Position numbers and translations under genes: made by a program
Notes under the pieces: model-generated
What the model saw: only the letters and a program-made list of their open reading frames with translations
Database searches by the model: none
Told to the model about the DNA's origin: nothing
Shown: one piece after another, positions 12,166-24,231 of the stretch
Numbering within the stretch: the first letter of the stretch is position 1
How the letters are laid out: every line of letters begins with the position of its first letter
Assembly (NCBI GenBank): GCA_964016885.1
Contig: OZ024740.1
Coordinates: forward strand, 420,670,001-420,734,000
Source: Eledone cirrhosa
Lineage: Eukaryota
Direction: 5' to 3'
DNA: 64,000 nucleotides

Positions 12166-12811
12166 ATATATAGCTGGCTTGTTGAAATGAAGGGTAAGAG
12201 TAAAGACCCCCTTCGGTCACAAATGACCATGGGATTTGCACCTAGAAAGTTCTCCTTCAAGGAACAAGTCTGAGCATGGTTGTTTGTAGAAAACCAGCAG
12301 TTGCCCATTCATACCAGTCTCCCCCCTCTAGACCACTAATGTTGTCCTGGGGAAAGACAATGTCCAATACAGCTTGGCACCAGTGACACTGCAACTTATT
12401 TCTACAGCTGAGTGAACTGGAGCAACTAACAACCTCACGATTGCAAACCCAACACTGTAACCCCTAAACTCACACTTTCACATTGTTGAACTATGTTGCC
12501 ATTTTTAGATGCAGTCTATAATGTTTGTATTGGGGTGGCAAATCTGGTTATCATTCCAGCATACCACTCTGTGATATCTTGGGAAAGTGTCTTTTATAAA
12601 ATTTGGTAGATGGAAACTGTGTAGAAGCCCATAAGATAAGTTGAACCTGTATTTCAATAGTCCAGCCTTGTCAAACACCATCATGCTGACTCTACCTGGG
12701 AATTATATTAAATGTTTCAGGAATACTCAACCACTTATAATTCAATAAGCAGGTAGTAGACTGAAGAACTGAATACTCATTGTTAAAACTAATGGAGATC
12801 TATTTTATCTT

Positions 12812-13000
12812 ACGGTGGATTGGCAGTATCGGTAGAGGGTCGGACGCCATGCTTTGCAGCAAAGAGTTACGTCCCTTTACGGTCTGAGTTCAAATCCCTC
12901 CGAGGTTAACTTTGCCTTTCACCCTTACGGGGTCGATAAAATAAAGTACCAGTAATACACTGGGTAATTGCTGGCCTGGTGCCAAAAGTAGAAACAATTT
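12812..13000 (+). mobile_element. tRNA-derived SINE, same family as 34824-35009
   Basis: A/B boxes, shared core and 3' end (gccaaaagtagaaacaatt). Further copies or fragments at ~4443-4522, 33850-34070, 36405-36530 and 53920-54050. Confidence 0.85.
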
Positions 13001-13865
13001 TATCTTACTAGTGTATGTGTATGCATGTGCTTGTATGTGTGCATGTGTGCAAGATCCCTGATAAATGAACAACCCATCTGTGTCTTGTAGAAGGTCAACA
13101 AGTATTGAAAACAATGGCCAGTAACACCCACTGCAACAGCCACCCCACCTCGTGGGGCTCCTTCCTCAGACGGTCTGCTGATGTTCCAACCTTTCAGGAG
13201 CTTGGCAGTACAGAGTCCGAGGATGCCTGAGGTGTCAGAGGCAACTGGTGCACCTTATTAATTGTTGTTTAACCCCAGACTAATTCCAGTTATGATCATC
13301 CTATCTTTCTTCTGGGTAGAGTGCACTCAGAATGTCTCCTTCTCAAAGGATGTGAAAAGAGAATATTTTAGCTTCTATATCTAGCAGTTTGAGTAACCAC
13401 ATAGAGATTTCCTTATTGCTTTGTCATTTGTGTTAGTTGTGTCATCATCATTGTTTGATGTTTATTTTTCATTCTTGCTTGGGTTAGATGGGTTGTCACA
13501 GACAGGACAGGTGACCACATCTTACTCATATATTCCGTTCTTGACTTGAGTTCTATGGATAGATGCCCTTGCTAGCATCAACCACTTTACAGTGCAGACT
13601 GGGAGCTACTCTCATGGTACCAGTACTACCACTTTACAGGGTGTTTTGGGTACGTTTGTCATAGTTCCAGCACTTACAGGGTGCTCTGGCTACTTTTGTC
13701 ATAGTACCAGCACTACTTCTTTACAGTGCAGACTAGGAGCTACTGTCATGGCACCAGTGCTACTACTTTACAGGGTGCTCTGGGTTTTTTTTTATATCAT
13801 GGCACCAGTATGGTCACCCCACAGTTGTGTGGTGTTTATTATATAAAATAATTCATGATATTTAA

Positions 13866-14093
13866 CTCTTTCATTACTATATTTCAAATGAACAACTGTC
13901 TACAATTAAAAAGAAAGAAAATTGGTGGGATTTAGTAATCTAATGAACTTTCTCATCATTAAGCTGGTGTTTGAAACATGGTTCTTACATAAAATTATGT
14001 TGGAAGGCTTTTACATAACTACAAACACTTTAAGATATATAGCTTTGTATCATAAAACCAGGGGCAGTTTCAGGTGGTTTGGTATCAAAAGAG
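13866..14093. mobile_element. piggyBac-type MITE
   Basis: TTAA|CTCTTT ... AAAGAG|TTAA termini. A similar element lies at ~54050-54285. Confidence 0.5.
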
Positions 14094-14672
14094 TTAAGGT
14101 TTTCACATCCCTTTCACCATGTTGGCAGTATGTAGAGTATATTGTCATTTGTGACACTCACCATCTTATGTTTAACCCTTTACCATTTACAGTACTCTAT
14201 ATTTACTATTGTATTTTCACAGTAAAGACCTTATCTCACATAATATCTCATATCGAATCTATGAGATTTTAATATTATTTATTTTTAGAACAATACCTTA
14301 ACATCAGTATGAGTGGCTGGTTTGAACAGAAAGAGGTAAGAGAATTCTGGCCGGATACAACCAGTTTAAATGCTACTGAAATTTGTCTCACCACTTTTTC
14401 CTTGTTTTCTTCACTCATCCACAGCAGTATACAGTTTCCATTAACATCTCACCAACTTTTTACCAAATATTGGTATTTTACACTCCACAATCCTTGTTTT
14501 TTACCAATTCATAGCTCATACTAGAATCATCAGCATCACTATTTAACACCAATTTTTCCATGCTAGCATGGGTTACAAGTTGTCCCATTGCCAGACAAGT
14601 CAAATCAGATGACCATGTCTTACTCATACAGAACTAATTTTGGCTTGGTTTCTACAGCTGGATGCCCTTCCT

Positions 14673-17600
14673 AACACCAACCACTTTATAGTATGGACTA
14701 GGTGCTTTTTGTTGTGACACCAACACAACCACCTTACAGTGTGGACTGGGTGGTTTTTGTTGTGACACCAACACAACCACCTTACAGTGTGGACTGGGTA
14801 GTTTTGTTGTGACACCAACACAACCACTTTACACTGTGGACTGGGTGGTTTTTGTTGTGAAACCAACACAACCACCTTACAGTGTGGGCTGGGTGGTTTT
14901 TGTTATGACACCAACACAACCACCTTACAGTGTGGACTGGGTAGTTTTGTTGTGACACCAACACAACCACCTTACAGTGTGGACTGGGTGGTTCTTGTTG
15001 TGACACCAACACAACCACCTTACAGTGTGGACTGGGTGGTTTTTGTTATGACACCAACACAACCACCTTACAGTGTGGACTGGGTGGTTTTGTTGTGACA
15101 CCAACACAACCACCTTACAGTGTGGACTGGGTAGTTTTTGTTATGACACCAACACAACCACCTTACAGTGTGGACTGGGTGGTTTTTGTTATGACACCAA
15201 CACAACCACCTTACAGTGTGGACTGGGTGGTTTTTGTTATGACACCAACACAACCACCTTACAGTGTGGACTGGGTGGTTTTTGTTATGACACCAACACA
15301 ACCACCTTACAGTGTGGACTGGGTGGTTTTTGTTATGACACCAACACAACCACCTTACAGTGTGGACTGGGTGGTTTTGTTGTGACACCAACACAACCAC
15401 CTTACAGTGTGGACTGGGTAGTTTTGTTGTGACACCAACACAACCACCTTACAGTGTGGACTGCGCGGTTTTTGTTATGACACCAACACAACCACCTTAC
15501 AGTGTGGACTGGGTGGTTTTTGTTATGACACCAACACAACCACCTTACAGTGTGGACTGGGTGGTTTTTGTTATGACACCAACACAACCACCTTACAGTG
15601 TGGACTGGGTGGTTTTTGTTATGACACCAACACAACCACCTTACAGTGTGGACTGGGTAGTTTTGTTCTGACACCAACACAACCACCTTACAGTGTGGAC
15701 TGGGTGGTTTTTGTTATGACACCAACACAACCACCTTACAGTGTGGACTGGGTGGTTTTGTTGTGACACCAACACAACCACCTTACAGTGTGGACTGGGT
15801 AGTTTTGTTGTGACACCAACACAACCACCTTACAGTGTGGACTGCGCGGTTTTTGTTATGACACCAACACAACCACCTTACAGTGTGGACTGGGTGGTTT
15901 TTGTTATGACACCAACACAACCACCTTACAGTGTGGACTGGGTGGTTTTTGTTATGACACCAACACAACCACCTTACAGTGTGGACTGGGTGGTTTTTGT
16001 TATGACACCAACACAACCACCTTACAGTGTGGACTGGGTGGTTTTTGTTATGACACCAACACAACCACCTTACAGTGTGGACTGGGTGGTTTTTGTTATG
16101 ACACCAACACAACCACCTTACAGTGTGGACTGGGTGGTTTTGTTGTGACACCAACACAACCACCTTACAGTGTGGACTGGGTGGTTTTTGTTATGACACC
16201 AACACAACCACCTTACAGTGTGGACTGGGTAGTTTTGTTATGACACCAACACAACCACCTTACAGTGTGGACTGGGTGGTTTTTGTTATGACACCAACAC
16301 AACCACCTTACAGTGTGGACTGGGTGGTTTTTGTTATGACACCAACACAACCACCTTACAGTGTGGACTGGGTGGTTTTTGTTATGACACCAACACAACC
16401 ACCTTACAGTGTGGACTGGGTGGTTTTGTTGTGACACCAACACAACCACCTTACAGTGTGGACTGGGTAGTTTTGTTGTGACACCAACACAACCACCTTA
16501 CAGTGTGGACTGGGTGGTTTTTGTTATGACACCAACACAACCACCTTACAGTGTGGACTGGGTAGTTTTGTTGTGACACCAACACAACCACCTTACAGTG
16601 TGGACTGGGTGGTTTTTGTTATGACACCAACACAACCACCTTACAGTGTGGACTGGGTGGTTTTTGTTACGACACCAACACAACCACCTTACAGTGTGGA
16701 CTGGGTGGTTCTTTTTATGACACCAACACAACCACCTTACAGTGTGGACTGGGTGGTTTTGTTGTGACACCAACACAACCACCTTACAGTGTGGACTGGG
16801 TAGTTTTGTTGTGACACCAACACAACCACTTTACACTGTGGACTGGGTGGTTTTTGTTGTGACACCAACACAACCACTTTACACTGTGGACTGGGTGGTT
16901 TTTGTTGTGACACCAACACAACCACCTTACAGTGTGGACTGGGTAGTTTTGTTGTGACACCAACAAAAACCACCTTACAGTGTGGACTGGGTGGTTTTTG
17001 TTATGACACCAACACAACCACCTTACAGTGTGGACTGGGTAGTTTTGTTGTGACACCAACACAACCACTTTACACTGTGGACTGGGTGGTTTTTGTTGTG
17101 ACACCAACACAACCACCTTACAGTGTGGACTGGGTAGTTTTGTTGTGACACCAACACAACCACTTTACACTGTGGACTGGGTGGTTTTTGTTGTGACACC
17201 AACACAACCACCTTACAGTGTGGACTGGGTGGTTTTTGTTATGACACCAACACAACCACCTTACAGTGTGGACTGGGTGGTTCTTGTTGTGACACCAACA
17301 CAACCACCTTACAGTGTGGACTGGGTGGTTTTTGCTGTGACACCAACACAACCACCTTACAGTGTGGACTGGGTGGTTTTTGCTGTGACACCAACACAAC
17401 CACCTTACAGTGTGGACTGGGTAGTTTTGTTGTGACACCAACACAACCACCTTACAGTGTGGACTGGGTGGTTTTTGCTGTGACACCAACACAACCACCT
17501 TACAGTGTGGACTGGGTGGTTTTTGCTGTGACACCAACACAACCACCTTACAGTGTGGACTGGGTAGTTTTGTTGTGACACCAACACAACCACTTTACAC

Positions 17601-18186
17601 TGTGGACTGGGTGGTTTTTGTTGTGACACCAACACAACCACTTTACACTGTGGACTGGGTGGTTTTTGTTGTGACACCAACACAACCACCTTACAGTGTG
17701 GACTGGGTAGTTTTGTTGTGACACCAACACAACCACCTTACAGTGTGGACTGGGTGGTTTTTGTTATGACACCAACACAACCACCTTACAGTGTGGACTG
17801 GGTAGTTTTGTTGTGACACCAACACAACCACTTTACACTGTGGACTGGGTGGTTTTTGTTGTGACACCAACACAACCACCTTACAGTGTGGACTGGGTAG
17901 TTTTGTTGTGACACCAACACAACCACTTTACACTGTGGACTGGGTGGTTTTTGTTGTGACACCAACACAACCACCTTACAGTGTGGACTGGGTGGTTTTT
18001 GTTATGACACCAACACAACCACCTTACAGTGTGGACTGGGTGGTTCTTGTTGTGACACCAACACAACCACCTTACAGTGTGGACTGGGTGGTTTTTGCTG
18101 TGACACCAACACAACCACCTTACAGTGTGGACTGGGTGGTTTTTGCTGTGACACCAACACAACCACCTTACACTTTGGACTGGGTG
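14673..18186. repeat. 47/48-bp minisatellite, roughly 70-75 copies
   Basis: Unit ccaacacaaccaccttacagtgtggactgggtggtttttgttatgaca. It begins inside an RTE-3'UTR-like element (14525-14720). Confidence 0.97.
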
Positions 18187-18234
18187 ATTATGAAAGCAAA
18201 TAATTGAAAAAGACAAATGTTTGAAATATATCTG

Positions 18235-18286
18235 TTTATTATCTCATCTTTAAAACAAGGTTTGATGAAGGATAAAATCTTTTATT
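18235..18286 (-). terminator. Candidate polyadenylation signals (AATAAA) for the DDAH gene, giving a ~0.7 kb 3' UTR
   Basis: tttatt on the + strand at 18235-18240 and 18281-18286, at the end of the unique U-rich sequence downstream of the stop codon and just before the 48-bp array. Confidence 0.5.
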
Positions 18287-18940
18287 TACATCTACACCAA
18301 AGCAGTTTAAACAAAACTGTATTAGAAGATAAATAAAACAAAAAAACAATTAAAAACTAGTTGGCATATATTGAAGAAAAAAATTGATTAACAATATATA
18401 AAAAAATCGTTGCAGATTAAAATAAATGCTGGTTTTGTTATAAAAAAAACTACAACAGCAGTATGGAATTGGTATGGAAAGAAAAGTGGGCGAAAAAAAT
18501 GTTTAATTTCGTCACATACTCAATATTTAGAGTATATAAAATAATGAAATGAACCGAAATAAAGAAGCTGGAATGAAGTTTCATCAAAAGCCAATATTAA
18601 TAGGGTCTCTTTTATGTTAGCAATTCTTGGAACTTATCTTTAGAATCATACTGATGTATTGATGCTAACATAGCAACGAAAGTGTCTTCTCTTCTTGGAA
18701 CTTATTGTTTTGTAACTATGGCTATTTGAGTAGATAAATGAGTGTATTTGTTAGTGAAGTCTCCAAAATAGTGAAAATGTCTTGCAGGAGAAATAAGCTA
18801 GATCAGAAAATGAGGGAGTTGTTAAAAAAAAAAAAATTAAGAAAAATATAGTCTCCACTCCACCTTACCATAACATTTTTCTTGGAGTTTAAAAAGAAAA
18901 AAATGACAAAACAACAAGGAAGAGACAACTAAATGGGAGA

Positions 18941-19138
18941 TTATTTGTAATATGTTTTGTTTTTTCTGGTCAGCGTAGAATAGTTGTTGACATCTTCGTC
19001 ATTAATGTCTGTCATAAAGTGTCGGGAAGTCTTGATTTTGTTGATAAACAGACATAAGCTACTTAAAGTACGGTTTATCTTGTCAAACTCCCGTAATTCT
19101 ACCTCTTCCCTTTGGTATGTGATCTTCTCATCAAGGGT
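18941..19138 (-). CDS. DDAH: DDAH-family terminal coding exon, 198 bp including TAA
   Basis: Translation TLDEKITYQREEVELREFDKINRTLSSLCLFINKIKTSRHFMTDINDEDVNNYSTLTRKNKTYYK* aligns with DDAH1 '[20 protein letters not shown]' and DDAH2 'SELEKAGAGLSSLCLVL'. Acceptor ctaatttttcag. Confidence 0.9.
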   Translation of the reverse strand, partial: TLDEKITYQREEVELREFDKINRTLSSLCLFINKIKTSRHFMTDINDEDVNNYSTLTRKNKTYYK

Positions 19139-19959
19139 CTGAAAAATTAGAAATTTATGGAAAATTATTAAGTTGAAAAATAACCAAGTACAACATCCAT
19201 GAAACCAAATTAAAATTCATTGCAACTCTTCACCCCAGCCACAAAAAAAAAAAATAGATATATGAAATAATTTTATTTATTCAAATATCTTGGGGCTGTG
19301 TTCATGAGTGATGGAAGGCAGGGGGCTGAATTAAGTGCAAGAATTTCAGGAGCTAGCTGGTGCAGTAATGTGCCAGCTTCAGCATTCGGTAATCAGAAGT
19401 AAGGTAGGTATAAAAGCCAAACTTGCTATCTTCAATTCGGTATTTGTGCCAACCCTCATGAATCTTGGGTAATGTCCAAAAGAATATGATTGCAAATACA
19501 AGTAGTCGAAATGGGGGTCCTTCAAATGTTACTTGATAGTGTGTGTAGCTCGGAGATCAGAGAGTCACTCCAGGTAGAGTCGCTACTTCTCTGAATTGAG
19601 AGATCACAGCTCCTATACTATGGGTATGTAGTTAGAATGTCTTGGGAAAGAATCGTTGGACAAATTTTACGGGCTAAACCAACTGGCAGGAGACCCAGAG
19701 CAAGATGGTTGGATAACATCCATGAGCTTGGCTGGTCTCACTTGGGGATACAGAACTGATTTTCACTTGGTTTCTATGGCTGAATGCCCTTCCTAATGCC
19801 AACCACAATTACTGTGTAGACTGGGTGCCGAGGGTGGGGATTGGAGAGGTAGGTAAATGTGCCCTGTCCACACTGTAATGTGGTTGTGTAGGTGACACGA
19901 CAAAAAGCACCCAGCACACACTGTAAATGTGGTTGCCGTTAGGAAGGGCATCCAGCTGT

Positions 19960-20735
19960 AGAATGGATATGCAATGCGTGTGAAGGATGGCAGCTGCATA
20001 AAGGTGTAGGGCACTCAAAGTTGATGGTAGCTATGGGGTAAGAAGACTTGGAATGAGGTGATAAAGGCTGATCTTGAACAATTGCACCTCTCAAAGTCAA
20101 TAACACAAGATCAAGATCTCTGGTATTATGCAGTAATACAAAAGACCCACCTTTCCATATGTATAGGTTGAAACATACATTTATTATGCACCACTTACCC
20201 TTATCTTCTCCTTCCCTCTCTTAACACACCACCCTTGAGCCACACAGTATTGGTGCAACAATAAATAGCACCCAGTTCACTCTGTAAGGTGGTAGTACTG
20301 GTGCAACAATAAATAGCACCCAGTCCACTCTGTAAAGTGGTAGTACTGGTGCCACAATAAATAACACCCAGTCCACTCTGTAAGGTGGTAGTACTGGTGC
20401 AACAATAAATAGCACCCAGTCCACTCTGTAAAGTGGTGGTACTGGTGCCACAACAAAAAGTACCCAATCTACATGGTAAGATGGTAGTACTGGTGTCATG
20501 ATAAACAGCAATTAGTACACACTGTAATGTGGTAGTGCTAGTGCCACAAAAGATGGTTCCAGTCCGTGCTGTAAAGTTGGTGTTAGGAAAGGCATCCAAG
20601 CCAAGAATGGAACATATGAACAAGACATGGTCACCTGACTGGTCAAGTTCTAAAACTTGACCACCTGTCTAATCGATGCAAGTATGCAAAATAGATATTA
20701 AATGGTGATGATGATGATGATGATGATGATGATAA
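19960..20735 (+). mobile_element. Decayed RTE 3' end with a short expansion of the 48-bp UTR repeat
   Basis: Homologous to 21560-22070. About 7 diverged 48-bp units at 20240-20580, (GAT)n tail at 20705-20735. Confidence 0.75.
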
Positions 20736-20918
20736 TGTAAGAATCATGTAAAGAATGACCATAAGATTTACACCTAGAAATTTCCTCACTGAAGCACATG
20801 TCCGAGCAAGGCTGTTTGTATAAAAGCAGACCTTATTGGTTCAGGTTCAGGTTCAGTTGAACTTGAACCGATAAGGTCTGCTTTCTTGGATATGTCACCA
20901 TTTATAAAACAAATTTTG

Positions 20919-20979
20919 TATTTTATCTGATGAGAGCATACCAAAATTTTGGTACCCTTGAAATATATATAATAAAATA
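20919..20979 (+). ncRNA. Minimal type I hammerhead ribozyme
   Basis: tattttat-CTGATGA-gagcataccaaaattttggtaccctt-GAAA-TATATA-TA-ataaaata. Perfect 8-bp stem I, paired stem II, palindromic AT stem III. Predicted cleavage after AUA at 20971. Confidence 0.85.
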
Positions 20980-21041
20980 AATATGGTTTTATAAATATAG
21001 TTTCCATTTATTAATATCATTGATATATATATATATATATA

Positions 21042-22070
21042 ACAATGGGTACACAAGAGATGTAGCGGGATCTCAGGAAGCTTAATTAAGAATGTAGGAT
21101 TCACATGCAGCAGCTGTGCTGAAACAGCAAGCAAACAGCCACAGGAAACAAGTACCACCAATCTCTGGGAGGGCCCTGTAGAAACAGTAGACAGCTTCTG
21201 CTACCTAGGTGACCGAATTAGCAACGGAGGTGGGTGCTCAGAAAGTACAATAACTAGGGTAAGAACGGGATGGAAGAAGTTTAGGGAACTACTACCACTG
21301 CTAGCTGCAAAAGGCTTCTCCCTCAGAATGAAAGGCAGACTGTATGATGCGTGTATCCGAACAGCGATGTTGCATGGTAGTGAGACCTGGGCGCTGAAGG
21401 TGGAAGACTTACGTAGATTAGAGAGAAACGAAGCCTGCATGCTCCGATGGATGTGTAACAGTAATATACGTGAACGACAAAGCATAAATGAATTGAGAGA
21501 GAGACTGAGCATAAGAGGAATCAAATGCTGCGTGCAGGAGAGGCGGTTACGCTGGTATGGACATGTGATGCGTATGAAGGATGACAGCTGCATAAAAAGG
21601 TGCAGAGCACTAGAAGTTGATGGAAACCGCGGAGTGGGGAGACCCAAGATGACTTGGGATGAGGTGATAAAAGCCGACCTTACCCAACTACACCTCTCAA
21701 AGTCAATGACACACGACCGTGACTTCTGGCGTCACGCAGTAATACAGGGTACCCGACCTCCCATGGGTACATGCTGAAGCATATAAACAATATGCCCCCC
21801 CCCCCCACCGCAAGGTGGTCGTGGAGGTGCCACGGCAAAAAAGCACCCAGCCCACACTGTAAAGTGGACGTGTAGGCGCCACGAAAAAGCACCCAGCACT
21901 CACTGTAAATGAGGTTGGTGTTAGGAAGGGCATCCAGCTGTAGAAATCAAGCCAGATCAGTTCCTGTATGAGCAAGGCATGGTCAGCCGACCAGACACTG
22001 CCCACAACAGGACAACCCGTCTAACCCATGCTAGCGTGGAAGAACGGACGTAAAACGGTGATGATGATGA
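21042..22070 (+). mobile_element. 5'-truncated RTE LINE (C-terminal ORF piece, 3' UTR, (GAT)n tail)
   Basis: KGRLYDACIRTAMLHGSETW...RLRWYGHVMRM...GRPKMTW. Closely similar 3' ends at 37940-38300 (+) and 61255-61672 (-). Confidence 0.9.
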
Positions 22071-22082
22071 TATATATATATA

Positions 22083-23381
22083 CGAGGGGGATCAAAAAGT
22101 TTGCGGAATTTTTCAGAAAATAATCTATTTTTCAAAAAATATGATTTACCTTCAATTTATTTTTCTACATAGTTGCCATCCAGGTTAATACACTTCACAA
22201 GGCGATGCTCCCAGCTTCGTAAGCCGTCTTTAAAGAAAGTTGAAGGCCTTGTTCGAAGCCATGTGTTGGCAGTGTTTTTAGCTTCTTCAACACCACTAAA
22301 AATGGATTCCTTTTAGCATTTCTTTGAGTTTTGGAAAGAGGAAAAAGTCTGATGGGGCTAAATCTAGACTATAAGGTGGGTGAGGAAGCACTTCCCATCG
22401 AAATTCTCGAAAAACTTCTTTTGCAACCCGCACAGAATGCACTGGTGCATTGTCATGGTAAAACAAGATCCCACCATGAAGTTTCCCTTTTCGTTTCTTG
22501 ACTAATGCCTCTTTCAGTTTCCTTAAAACATTTGCATAGTAAGATCCTGTCACAGTTCTTTGACCTTCAAGATAATCTATTAGTATCACCCCATCTGAAT
22601 CCCAGAAAATGGCCATCCCTTTTTCATCCAACTTTTGAGATTTGAACTTGATTGGCCCCGATGATCCACTGTTTTGACTGCTGTTTGGATTCAGGATTAT
22701 ACTGGTAGATCCAGGTTTCATCTCCGGTGATGATTCTGGTCAGGAAATGCTCTTCATCAACTTCAATTTTGTTTAATATCATCAAAGACAGATCACTTCG
22801 AAGAATCAGCTGATCAGGGCTCAACGCTTTTGGGACTCATCGCGCTGAAAGCTTGCTTAGTCCCAAATTATCGTGCAGAATTGAATTTGCCGAACCATAT
22901 GAAATGTCTAGGGACTTAGCTAACTGATTAACTGTTATTCTTCGATCTTCTTCAATTAAAGTCTGAGCAGCCTCAATGTTTTGGTCATTTTTTGATGTTC
23001 CTGGTTTTCCACTGCGATGATCGTCCTCAAGGTCGTCTTTCCCTTGTTTGAATTGCTGAATCCACTTGTAGACAGCAGTTTTCTTTGGAGCAGTAGTACC
23101 GTAAACTTTAACTAAAGCCTCCATAATCTGTGTCCCTTTCCATTTGAGTTTCACCAGAAACTTGATATTCGATCTTATCTCAAAATAACTATTTTCCATT
23201 GTTCCAAAAAGAGGTTTTTTAAAGAGTGTCAGTACTGTACAATAGTCCGCGCATAACTGACTGCAAGTGACTAATAGCAAGGTAAAGACCCAGTGACAAT
23301 GTTCTCACATGTTTAATATTGTTTTAACCTGATTTTTTTCTTGCTACGATAAAATTCCGCTAACTTTTTGATCCCCCCTCG
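22083..23381 (-). mobile_element. Full-length mariner (DD34D) DNA transposon with disrupted transposase
   Basis: TIRs CGAGGGGGATCAAAAAGTT..GCGGAATTT and TA target duplication. Transposase motifs TGDETW, HDNA and HPPYSLDLAPSDF. Stop in the AR[W]VP motif at 22837 plus frameshifts near 22670 and 22296. Confidence 0.95.
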
Positions 23382-23630
23382 TATACATACACATACATAC
23401 ATTATATACACTATGTATGATGTTGTCTAAGGCCGACAACAGCTTGGCACCAGTGATGTTGCAACTCATTTCTAGAGCTCAGTAAACTGGAGCAACGTGA
23501 AATAAAGTGTCTTGCTCAAGAACACAACACATTGCTCAGTCCTGGAATTGAACTGACAACCTCACAACTGTAAGCCTGATGCTCCAATCACTAAGCCATA
23601 CACCTACACAAAAGTAAAGGTAATACTTAC

Positions 23631-23762
23631 ACTGTAATTGACACATCCCAATTCGTCTCGACTGCGATGAATCAGTGTACCATTAGCATACAAAACATTT
23701 GCTGGCACATCACTATCAAACTCTATTTTGAAGTAATTATAGTTGGTACGTTCTTTAATTTG
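23631..23762 (-). CDS. DDAH: DDAH-family penultimate exon, 132 bp
   Basis: Translation QIKERTNYNYFKIEFDSDVPANVLYANGTLIHRSRDELGCVNYS matches the DDAH 'AANCIYLN...LLHR' region. Acceptor ttttcttgtaatttgtag, donor gtaagt, phase 0/0, in frame with both neighbouring exons. Confidence 0.92.
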
Positions 23763-24231
23763 CTACAAATTACAAGAAAAACAAAGACATTTTATTTATA
23801 GGTTATGTTAGATTACTTTTTTTTTTACTACAATTTAATTTTAGTAAAATAAATTATTTCATTGAAACATGGGTGGAGGTGGTGAGAGCAGACCTCAGTC
23901 TCTTAAGCTCACGGTGGAGATGACGAAGGACCGTGACAAGTGGAGAGATGCTGTGCTGAATAGGACCCGTCCCACCCTTTGCAAACAGGGAAAAGTGGAC
24001 GTAAAATGATGATGCTAATGGAAAATCTGAAAATATTCAAGATTATTAAAGTGGCTAAGGTAACTTTCTATCGTTCTCTTTTATTGTAGTTCTTTTTTGT
24101 CCTGTAACTATTTTCTCAAATTCTTATTACCATGGCAATTTTACCTCACATGCATTGCCAAGCTTCCAAATAAGCAAACTTATTTCCTAGTAAAAATCAT
24201 TCCATGTGGCACTGTCACAATATTAGTTGCT

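Noticed and set aside
13085-13260. Possible HDV-like ribozyme (ccc-acctcgt-ggg resembling P3/L3)
   Set aside because: I could not build convincing P1, P1.1 and P2 pairings by eye. A descriptor search is needed.
14624-18216. Many 60-140 aa ORFs and a CRISPR-like periodic appearance in the 48-bp array
   Set aside because: Units are fully repeated with no unique spacers and no cas genes. The ORFs are artefacts of a 48-bp (16-codon) period.
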